From an uncultured virus (IMG/VR IMGVR_UViG_3300042898_003801) (Duplodnaviria > Heunggongvirae > Uroviricota > Caudoviricetes): a stretch of DNA of 64,000 nt. Both the position numbers and the translations under genes were made by a program. Positions 55,006 through 63,505 of this stretch are shown here, piece by piece; the stretch's first letter is position 1; each line of letters starts with the position of its first letter. The notes under the pieces are model-generated. The model saw only the letters and a list, made by a program, of their open reading frames with translations, did no database searches and was not told the DNA's origin. The DNA lies in IMG/VR virus record IMGVR_UViG_3300042898_003801, positions 1 to 64,000 of that record; one strand, written 5' to 3'.

Positions 55006-56574
55006 ATGAATTATCTTGTAATATATCCCGGACGTTTCCATCCTTTTCATCGCGGTCATCGTGCCAGCTATGAATATCTTGCTAAAAAATACGGTGCTGA
55101 TCATGTGTACATTGCCACCACTGGTGTGCAAGCACCTGTAACCAGTCCATTTACCTTTGCTGACAAAGTTAAAATGATTACTACACTGGGCATTCCTGCC
55201 GGACATGTGGTCAAGGTTACTAATCCTTATCAAAGTCGAGAAATAACAGATTCAATTCCCACAGAAGAAAAATCCAAAACTGTGCTGATATTTGCACTCA
55301 GCGCCAAGGATGCAGAACGCTTTAGCTTTGCTCCTAAAAAAGACGGCACACCCAGTTATCTTCAGTCCATGCCTGCCAATCTCAAGCAGTTGACGCCAAT
55401 GACTGAGCATGCTTACGTAGAAATTACACCCACAGTTAATTTCAAAGTACGTGGTCAAGATGCCAACTCAGCCAGCCAAATCCGCAGTTTTTATATCAAA
55501 GGCAACAACAACGATCGAGATCAAGTTATAGCCGACCTATATGGTGAAGCTTACCCTGAGTTACGAGACATATTTGATAATCAACTGGGTGTCAGTGAAC
55601 GAGTACAGAATATAGTCCGAGAAGCCAAGTTACTTAACACTACAAAAAGCATAGCACTGATAGAACGCATATTGACCAAAGAGCGTCGTGCGTTGAACGA
55701 ATTTAGTGTCAACAGTGGCGATGATGGTTCCAGTGATGACCCATATCAGTATCCCAAGCCCGAACATTATGCCCGTAGCATAGATTACTTTGGTCAATTT
55801 GAAGCAGAACACTTTGACGAAGAAGATATGAATGATGCCACAGGCGAGTTCAAGGGTTACTGGTACTACGATGGCAAGCCGAGACAAATTGCCTATTTCA
55901 AGTTTGACAATCCCGAGCGCACCGGCAGTAATCATCCGGGCATGGGCTGGTACTATGAGCCACAAAACGAAGGTATAGCGGAGGCTAAAAGAAAGGAAAA
56001 GAAAAAAACTTCAAGATCCTTAGGCAGATATTTCTTTCCAGGTTACGGATACTATGGCAGTGGAGAATCTGGTGAAGGTGGCGGGGATGGGGGAGGTGAA
56101 GGTGTTGACCGGGGCATGGCAGAAGCAGAAAAAACAGCCAAAATCTTTCATCCACAGTATGTAGATGTATATTTTCTTAATGGTCCAAGAAGAACTCCCA
56201 CACTGGTCAATCGCCGAGTTCCGTACAATTTAATTGATAGATATTTAAAAGTAGTTGTTAAAAAATACAATCTGCATCAAGGTCGTTTTGAATTCAGAAA
56301 CGCCGAAGAACCACACATGGCCGAAGAATTCAGACCCACTGATGGCCAGGCTATGAATATACGTAGACAAACTGCACAAAAAATGAATCCAGTTACCGAC
56401 AAATTTGTTTGGAAAAGACCCAATCAAATAGGCGGTAGTCACAGTGAGAACGAACTTAAATCGTTGAATTTTAAATATTCAACAAAATACAACATGTGGG
56501 GCGGCACACAACAGATGTGGGATCGTCTGTCTGGTGCACTAAAAGAATCCACCGATTACCTTGAAGAAAAATAA
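55006..56574 (+). CDS. Modular late protein with N-terminal HxGH cytidyltransferase-like domain
   Basis: YPGRFHPFHRGH, SPF.F..K, SASQIR; further modules separated by xAE linkers. Confidence 0.75.
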   Translation: MNYLVIYPGRFHPFHRGHRASYEYLAKKYGADHVYIATTGVQAPVTSPFTFADKVKMITTLGIPAGHVVKVTNPYQSREITDSIPTEEKSKTVLIFALSAKDAERFSFAPKKDGTPSYLQSMPANLKQLTPMTEHAYVEITPTVNFKVRGQDANSASQIRSFYIKGNNNDRDQVIADLYGEAYPELRDIFDNQLGVSERVQNIVREAKLLNTTKSIALIERILTKERRALNEFSVNSGDDGSSDDPYQYPKPEHYARSIDYFGQFEAEHFDEEDMNDATGEFKGYWYYDGKPRQIAYFKFDNPERTGSNHPGMGWYYEPQNEGIAEAKRKEKKKTSRSLGRYFFPGYGYYGSGESGEGGGDGGGEGVDRGMAEAEKTAKIFHPQYVDVYFLNGPRRTPTLVNRRVPYNLIDRYLKVVVKKYNLHQGRFEFRNAEEPHMAEEFRPTDGQAMNIRRQTAQKMNPVTDKFVWKRPNQIGGSHSENELKSLNFKYSTKYNMWGGTQQMWDRLSGALKESTDYLEEK

Positions 56575-56624
56575 TGCCTGTGTTATACTAGAGTAAATAT
56601 TTCACAATTTACTAAAGGAACCTC

Positions 56625-57521
56625 ATGGCAGACGAACAAGCAAAACCTACCACAGAAACCCCAGTGGCGCCGGGTCAGCAACAAATCCAAGTCAACATTG
56701 ACTATTTAAAAACCACAAGGGTGCACATTTGCATGCCCTGTTATGGTGGTATGCTCACAGAATCTACGTTTATGAGTTATATCAAATGGAGCAATGCCGC
56801 TCGTCAGTTGGGCATTGACTGGACCATGGAAACCATGACCAATGAAAGCTTGATCAGTCGTGCTAGAAACACCCTGACTGCTAAATTCTTGCACAACAAG
56901 GATTCCACACACCTGATGTTTATTGACGCAGACATTGGGTGGGAACCCTGGCACTTGATGGTATTGCTAGATCGTCAAGTTGATGTGATTGGCGGACTGT
57001 ATCCTATGAAAAGCCTGCCAGTCAAATGGTGTGTGAATGGATTCGACGGTGCAGAAGAAGGCCCCAATGGCCTACAAGAAGTTACCAAAACAGGTACAGG
57101 ATTTTTATTGATCAAACGCGATGTGTTTGAGAAAATGGATGCTCATCCTGCGGTGAAACCGTTTATGAATGATATTGGATTGCCAGTGGAACTTAATCCG
57201 CACATGAAAACCTACTTTGATACCGCAGTACGTGAAAATCGTTACTACTCAGAAGACTGGACATTCTGCGAAAACTGGCGTGATCTAGGTGGTAAAGTAT
57301 GGGTAGACAAACGTGTGCTGCTGAAACACACAGGAACTTATGTGTTTGATTTTGCCACACAAGATAACTTGTACAAAGAACTGCACAATTTGGCCTTGGC
57401 CAACGGCGCAGCCCTGGGCGGTGCTGCGGGTGTTGCTGCACCAGTGGATGTTCCCAAGCCTGTGGAAGCCAAAGTTTTAGCATCAAGCACTTCTAAAAAG
57501 AACAAAACCAAAGCCAAGTAA
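56625..57521 (+). CDS. GT-A glycosyltransferase-like protein
   Basis: PCYGG, ESLISRARN, FIDADI, G.GF.LIKR, SEDW.FC. Confidence 0.75.
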   Translation: MADEQAKPTTETPVAPGQQQIQVNIDYLKTTRVHICMPCYGGMLTESTFMSYIKWSNAARQLGIDWTMETMTNESLISRARNTLTAKFLHNKDSTHLMFIDADIGWEPWHLMVLLDRQVDVIGGLYPMKSLPVKWCVNGFDGAEEGPNGLQEVTKTGTGFLLIKRDVFEKMDAHPAVKPFMNDIGLPVELNPHMKTYFDTAVRENRYYSEDWTFCENWRDLGGKVWVDKRVLLKHTGTYVFDFATQDNLYKELHNLALANGAALGGAAGVAAPVDVPKPVEAKVLASSTSKKNKTKAK

Positions 57522-57543
57522 CTATTCGGTAAATACAGTTCGT

Positions 57544-60500
57544 ATGAACATCACCGAATTAGATTCCTATAACCTTGCCGACGCAGTAAAATTCAATGAC
57601 AAATTGAACCCTGTGATCTGGCAAGGCCAGCACATGCGCCCCGAAGTTCGCGATCAACTGCTGACCATTGCAGAAGATTTTCGCGAACATCTTGGGCTTG
57701 CCAACATAGACGTCAAAGACATCACAGTGCTGGGTAGCAATGCCGGCTACACATACACTCCACATTCTGACATTGATCTACATTTGGTAGTTCGAATGCC
57801 ACATGCCGATAACGAAGTGTACCGTGAATTGTTTGATGCTAAAAAGTACCAATATAATGACACCCACAACATCACCATTGGCGGATATGAAGTTGAGCTT
57901 TATGTAGAAGACGCAGACAAGCCTGCAGTCAGTCAAGGTGTGTTCAGTGTGTTGAACAACGATTGGGTGCATATACCACGACAAAGACCTGCCACAGTGA
58001 ATGACAATGCAGTTCGCAGCAAATACAATGATCTCAAGCACAGAATTGATTCAGCAGTTGCTGGCAAAAATTTGACCAAAATCTCACAGTTGATTGACAA
58101 AATCAAACGCATGCGCTTGGCCGGATTGGCCCAAAACGGCGAACTGGGCGGAGAAAATCTTGCGTACAAAATGCTACGTACACAAGGTGATATTTCTCGA
58201 TTGCATGATGCACGTAATGCTGCACATGATGAAGAGTTAAGTCTAGTAGAATCCACCATAATGTCCAAGCCCAGGATGACCTATGGATTTAATAGCAAAA
58301 AGAAGCTGGCCGAAGTAGAAATAACTCCGGATGGTGTTAGCCCTAGTACCAAAATGTTCTTGAGTGAAACCGATGATGAAAGTATTTTACGAGATTTTGT
58401 GGCATTCTGTGCAAAAGAACTTGAATTAGAAACAGAACCACAAATACGATTGCGTAGAGATCCAGCTTGGTCAGCACGAAACCGAACATTTGGTCGTTAT
58501 GATCACGACACAAACCAATTGGAAATCAGCATAGGCAATCGGCACATCATGGATGTGTTGCGTACCTGCGCACACGAACTCACTCATCAACGTCAAGGTG
58601 AAACACAAACAATAGCGCCCGACTCTGGACACACAGGATCACCTGAAGAAAATGAAGCCAATGCAGCAGCCGGCATTATCATGCGTCGATACGGTGCCAT
58701 GCATCCGGAACTGTTTGAAAAGTCCACAGTGGCAGAAGCCAGTGGGTATATTCCTACCACTGCTGAAATGCATGATCCCAGATTTGAGATGGCCATTACT
58801 CAGGATGTACGTCCTGGCGCCATTGGTCGTGCAGCCAATGCTTTTTTACTAAACACCGACGCACAAGGTCATCCACAAGAACTACGCCCAGACGGCCTGG
58901 TCAAGCGATTGGCTGAACAGTTGGCCGCTTTCAAACGACCATTGAGTGAAGCTGAACAACTAGACGAAATCAACATGGGTGGCAAAAGCCTAAGAAAGTT
59001 GTCAAAGTCTGTTGATGCACGAGCCGGCATTGAATTTGAAATGATTGTGCCCAATGTTGAAGGCGGCGAGTATGATTTTCAGCCAGAGCCTGATTATGAC
59101 AATTACAACGAAACTGCCCGGGATATTGATGGAATCATTGAATTTTTTGATGACCGCGATTTTAACGGCGCCAGAGCCATAAGAGAGTTGCGAACTGAGC
59201 TTGAGTCAAATTACCTTGATTGGCGTGAAACTAAAATTTACGAAGACTGGACCGATAACGGATTTGATTTCTTTGCTGAATGGGTGGCCAACAACATTGA
59301 TCCAGAAGAAATTATTGCTTACCTTGACAAAGATTCAGACTATAACATAACCAAAGACGACATACTGAACTATTCCAATTATCTGTGGGAAGAAGCCGGC
59401 GAATCCAGAGACGAAGCTCTTGAAGAATTTAGAGATGAAAAAAAGGATGATGGCGAGTATGACGAAGAACAATGGTTGAGATCTGAAGGCATACGAGACA
59501 TGCAGGATGTAGAAAGTGCTTATAGTACTAGGATTACTTGGCCCCACTGGACCGAAGACGATGGCATGGGCGATGGCACTTACAGTATAGAAGCAGTGGC
59601 TGAAAGTTTTGAAAAGGCCATTGGTCGACCAGTGATGTGGGGCGACGATTATCACAACATAGATCGCGACGATGCATATAGTCAAGGTGCGTATATTGTT
59701 GAGCCTGACGGCAGCTTAGAAGCCAATAGTGGCAATGATCGCGGATTAGAATTTATTAGCCCACCCTTGCCTCTGGATGAACTGGCCAAGGACATGCAAA
59801 AAGTCAAAAAGTGGGCCGACTCCAATGGTTGCTATACCAGCAAAGCAAACAAAACTGGCCTGCATATCAATGTGAGTGTACCGGGACTTGATGCAGAAAT
59901 GAAAAATCTTGATCTTGTCAAACTGGCATTGTTGTTGGGTGACAACTATGTGGCTAAAGAATTTGGAAGATTGGGTAATACCTACGCCAAGTCAGTGTAC
60001 AATATTGTCATGAACAATATAAAAAATCGTCCCGAAACTGCAGAAGTTTTGTTGGATCGCATGCGTGAAAATCTAAGCAAAGCTGCCACTCGTGTGATAC
60101 ACAACGCCCAGACAGACAAGTACAGTTCAATCAATGTCAAAAATGGCTATATTGAATTTAGATCTCCAGGTGGTGATTGGTTGGATGCAAACTTTGATAA
60201 GATTCAAACGACACTAGAACGATTTGTTGTGGCCACTGATGCAGCAGTGGATCCTGCAAAGTATCGACAAGAGTATCTAAAGAAACTGTATCGTGCATTG
60301 AGTGGCACAGAGATTGAACACGGTAGAAATCCTGCTACCGGAAAGAAAACTTTTAAGATTGCTACCGAAGCAGACTTTGCTAACCTGTTGTCAGAATACA
60401 TGGCTGGAAAAATCAACCGAGAGGAATTGACAAGAATTGCCGCGGAGCAACGTCAACTCGGCCAAGACAAGCCCAAAGACAAACAACAGTATCGCATGGT

Positions 60501-61971
60501 CAATCCTGACACCTATCAAGAATATGCAAGGTTCACTGCTACCAGTGCCGAAAAGGCTGATGCACAGGCCAAACTCTATGCCGCTGAAAACGACATTGCT
60601 TTTTACAACTATATTGTTTTAGATTCCGGCATGCAAGTAGTGGGCGGAGATATACGCCACACTGCAACTCCTGGGCGACAAAGTGATCCCAATGGTCGTT
60701 ATGAAATTATAAATCGTGCCACCGGAGCGGAAGCTCGGCCAAGATTCATGTTCAGTGCGGTACCACAACAAATACCCTATGTGTTGCAGGCCTGGGCCAA
60801 CAGAAACGGCACTGCACCCACAGACTGGACAGTGATCGACACAGAAAGTGGCATTGAAGTAAATTCAACAACACCAACAACTGTTGGCGCTTCAAGAGTT
60901 GAACCACTATGGACAGTGAGCTTGCTAGACAACATGGCACGCTATGTAGAAGTTCGTGCACCAAATGAACTGTCAGCATTGGCGGCTGCGCATGAAACTG
61001 ATCCAACAAACTTCCCAATGACAGTGACCACAGATGATGTTATCATTACTCCAAGGGCACAACAATTACCAACTCCACGTCCGATACCGGGTGTAGAAGA
61101 CGTTCCACTTGATCTTGAATTTGCACAAAGGACTGTTCCAGGATCTACTATAGACCTAGCACAACAACGAGCAACACCCGGTACATTCACTGGTGCGTGG
61201 AAAGTAGTAGACAGCAACACTGGAGAAGAACTCCACAGATTCAGCGGTATAGGCAACAGCCAAGAAGATGCTAACAGAGTTGCTGGACAATGGGTACGAA
61301 GCAACAGTATTGCAGTTCCCACTGAAGTGTATCCAATAATGAGTGAGTCAGTGACTGAATCATTTATCAATGCTTTGATCAAGCTTGATCAAGAACCTTG
61401 GGCTCTGACTGAATCTACAAATAATTTTGAAATCAAAAAAAGCAGTTTGTTTGATAAAACAGTACAGAACAAATCAGAGCAACTTCCTGATTTAGCAAAT
61501 AAAATACAAGAATTTTTAAAGTTTAAAATGGTCACGCCAGGTCAACCCTGGGGCAACGACTCTCCGTTTATTGCTGCAGGACCACTGGGGTCTGCAATAC
61601 CAAAATTACGACACGCACATTTAACCAGAGACCTTAGTTTATATTATACCATTGAAGGTCGCAATCCCACAGTCATCAAACTGTATGGCGTATTCAATCA
61701 TCACGAAAGTGGCACAGGAACTCCTAAGAATATTAACAAACAAAAAAACTTAGCAAGACAATTGGTCAATCAGGAAGTTGCTGAAACTAAAAATCCCAAC
61801 ACAACCTATAAACTATGGTCTGCTCCTGTAAAAATAAAACAGCCGACCTACACAGGCTACATTGATGTTGCTGTGACTGCACAAAATGCACATTTGGCCA
61901 GACAATTAATGAAAGCACAGTACGGTGTGGCAGACTGGGAAATTGGTAGTGTAAAAGAAGTAAAAGTATGA
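57544..61971 (+). CDS. 1475-aa multidomain protein: nucleotidyltransferase + HExxH peptidase-like + amidoligase + RelE/YafQ-like
   Basis: GSN....SDIDLH; HELTH; GIEFE, DGSL, E.ISPP, GLHIN, KY, IEFR; RHAHL..D..L.Y...L.G..H. Confidence 0.75.
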   Translation: MNITELDSYNLADAVKFNDKLNPVIWQGQHMRPEVRDQLLTIAEDFREHLGLANIDVKDITVLGSNAGYTYTPHSDIDLHLVVRMPHADNEVYRELFDAKKYQYNDTHNITIGGYEVELYVEDADKPAVSQGVFSVLNNDWVHIPRQRPATVNDNAVRSKYNDLKHRIDSAVAGKNLTKISQLIDKIKRMRLAGLAQNGELGGENLAYKMLRTQGDISRLHDARNAAHDEELSLVESTIMSKPRMTYGFNSKKKLAEVEITPDGVSPSTKMFLSETDDESILRDFVAFCAKELELETEPQIRLRRDPAWSARNRTFGRYDHDTNQLEISIGNRHIMDVLRTCAHELTHQRQGETQTIAPDSGHTGSPEENEANAAAGIIMRRYGAMHPELFEKSTVAEASGYIPTTAEMHDPRFEMAITQDVRPGAIGRAANAFLLNTDAQGHPQELRPDGLVKRLAEQLAAFKRPLSEAEQLDEINMGGKSLRKLSKSVDARAGIEFEMIVPNVEGGEYDFQPEPDYDNYNETARDIDGIIEFFDDRDFNGARAIRELRTELESNYLDWRETKIYEDWTDNGFDFFAEWVANNIDPEEIIAYLDKDSDYNITKDDILNYSNYLWEEAGESRDEALEEFRDEKKDDGEYDEEQWLRSEGIRDMQDVESAYSTRITWPHWTEDDGMGDGTYSIEAVAESFEKAIGRPVMWGDDYHNIDRDDAYSQGAYIVEPDGSLEANSGNDRGLEFISPPLPLDELAKDMQKVKKWADSNGCYTSKANKTGLHINVSVPGLDAEMKNLDLVKLALLLGDNYVAKEFGRLGNTYAKSVYNIVMNNIKNRPETAEVLLDRMRENLSKAATRVIHNAQTDKYSSINVKNGYIEFRSPGGDWLDANFDKIQTTLERFVVATDAAVDPAKYRQEYLKKLYRALSGTEIEHGRNPATGKKTFKIATEADFANLLSEYMAGKINREELTRIAAEQRQLGQDKPKDKQQYRMVNPDTYQEYARFTATSAEKADAQAKLYAAENDIAFYNYIVLDSGMQVVGGDIRHTATPGRQSDPNGRYEIINRATGAEARPRFMFSAVPQQIPYVLQAWANRNGTAPTDWTVIDTESGIEVNSTTPTTVGASRVEPLWTVSLLDNMARYVEVRAPNELSALAAAHETDPTNFPMTVTTDDVIITPRAQQLPTPRPIPGVEDVPLDLEFAQRTVPGSTIDLAQQRATPGTFTGAWKVVDSNTGEELHRFSGIGNSQEDANRVAGQWVRSNSIAVPTEVYPIMSESVTESFINALIKLDQEPWALTESTNNFEIKKSSLFDKTVQNKSEQLPDLANKIQEFLKFKMVTPGQPWGNDSPFIAAGPLGSAIPKLRHAHLTRDLSLYYTIEGRNPTVIKLYGVFNHHESGTGTPKNINKQKNLARQLVNQEVAETKNPNTTYKLWSAPVKIKQPTYTGYIDVAVTAQNAHLARQLMKAQYGVADWEIGSVKEVKV

Positions 61972-62252
61972 CACAGCAATTTGTGAAAGTTGTGGCTGAT
62001 GTTCACTGTGATTATGAGACTGGTCAACTGCCTATCTATAGACTGTATGTGAACAATGAATTGTTCACAGAACGCACATGGATCTGGGAAAATGTTTATC
62101 TTGAAGAAATGATACCTATATTGGCAGAACCTGGTGATTACAAGATCCGTTATGAGCTGGTACCGGGCACTTCTGCAGGGTTAAATATACAGAACTTGCG
62201 AGTAGCAGAAGGCACTGCTACCATACAAGATTCCACAGTGAGGATAAGATAA
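61968..62252 (+). CDS. Hypothetical protein
   Basis: P.YRLYVNNELFTERTW motif. Confidence 0.7.
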   Translation: MTQQFVKVVADVHCDYETGQLPIYRLYVNNELFTERTWIWENVYLEEMIPILAEPGDYKIRYELVPGTSAGLNIQNLRVAEGTATIQDSTVRIR

Positions 62253-62449
62253 TGCGAGCACAAGAATTTATACGTGAAAATGCATCAGCAGGTGCCACAG
62301 GTTCAGGCAGTATCGCCACCGTTGCCACACCCATGGGCGGTGTGATTTCTCGAAATGCCGGCAGTTTCTTTGCCGGGCATAAATACTCTAATGACGAGAC
62401 TCCAAACACGCCAGAGTCTTACAAAACATACAAGAAACGGAAAAAGTAA
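62252..62449 (+). CDS. Small late protein
   Basis: MRAQEFIRE N-terminus; TAATG coupling both ends. Confidence 0.65.
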   Translation: MRAQEFIRENASAGATGSGSIATVATPMGGVISRNAGSFFAGHKYSNDETPNTPESYKTYKKRKK

Positions 62450-62889
62450 TGTTAGCTGATTTGTTAAAAACACTGTTGGGAACACAGTTTGCACACTATG
62501 TGAAAGCACATGCTTTTCATTGGAATGTAGAAACTCCTGACTTTTATCAGTATCACAAGTTTTTTCAGAAAATATATGAAGATGCCTATTCTGCAGTGGA
62601 TCCCATAGCAGAATATATCCGTAGCCTGGGCGAATATGCACCAGGCAGTATGGAACGTCTTTTAGAACTCAGTGTAATACCCGGACAAAGCAAAATACCT
62701 CGCGCCCGACTCATGGTAGAAGAATTGCTGGCCGACAGTGAAATCTTGGTTGATTTGTTGAACCAATGTTTTACTGCCGCCACCCAAGAAAACAAACAAG
62801 ACATTGCCAATTTCATTGCCGAAAGATTGAGTCAAACCAACAAGTTTGCCTGGCAACTACGTGCAACACTAAAAGAGGTAAGGGCGTGA
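62449..62889 (+). CDS. dps: Dps (DNA-binding ferritin-like protein)
   Basis: K.H.FHWNV...F..YH.FF..IY....D.IAE.IR.LG...K..W.L. Confidence 0.9.
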   Translation: MLADLLKTLLGTQFAHYVKAHAFHWNVETPDFYQYHKFFQKIYEDAYSAVDPIAEYIRSLGEYAPGSMERLLELSVIPGQSKIPRARLMVEELLADSEILVDLLNQCFTAATQENKQDIANFIAERLSQTNKFAWQLRATLKEVRA

Positions 62890-62890
62890 T

Positions 62891-63505
62891 ATGGATTCTG
62901 AATTCCGCAGCATAGTTGAACGTTTGGCCGTTCTTGAAGGACGAATAACTCCGGTCACAGTCCGGCATGGGCTTAATGCTCAGCAGAAATCTGCACATCA
63001 ATTGCCTGCGCTGTTCAAGCCCAAAACTGTGTCAGTACTGAACGCAAAAACTGATCCTAAAAATCCCATGGCAGGATACATGGTAGGCGATAGTGTACAA
63101 GACGATCGAGACGTTGTGGAAGATGTGGTTGACAAGGTAAAACGAAGCCTCACTGACTATTTGAAAAATCTTGAAGATGAAATACGAGTTGACAGCGACC
63201 TAAAAGATAAAACACACAACGACACAGATCTCAAGCAAAAATCTGCTGAGATTCGCGACCTAGTGCCAAAAATCCAAAAGCAAAACACAGATGAAGGCTA
63301 TCCTGTCATAGCCATTGCCATGGAAGACGGCAGCAATTGCGAATTGCATGGAGATGAAAACACAGGTTATGAAATTCGTCGCGGTGGTCGTGCATTGAAA
63401 ACTCGTTTTGAAAATGTAGATCATGCACGTATGGCAGTGGAAATGTTTAATGCACGTATGCGAGCACGTCATCCCGAACAACAAGATTACATTGAGGAAA
63501 AATAA
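62891..63505 (+). CDS. Late hypothetical protein
   Basis: QLPALFKP motif; ends DYIEEK. Confidence 0.7.
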   Translation: MDSEFRSIVERLAVLEGRITPVTVRHGLNAQQKSAHQLPALFKPKTVSVLNAKTDPKNPMAGYMVGDSVQDDRDVVEDVVDKVKRSLTDYLKNLEDEIRVDSDLKDKTHNDTDLKQKSAEIRDLVPKIQKQNTDEGYPVIAIAMEDGSNCELHGDENTGYEIRRGGRALKTRFENVDHARMAVEMFNARMRARHPEQQDYIEEK

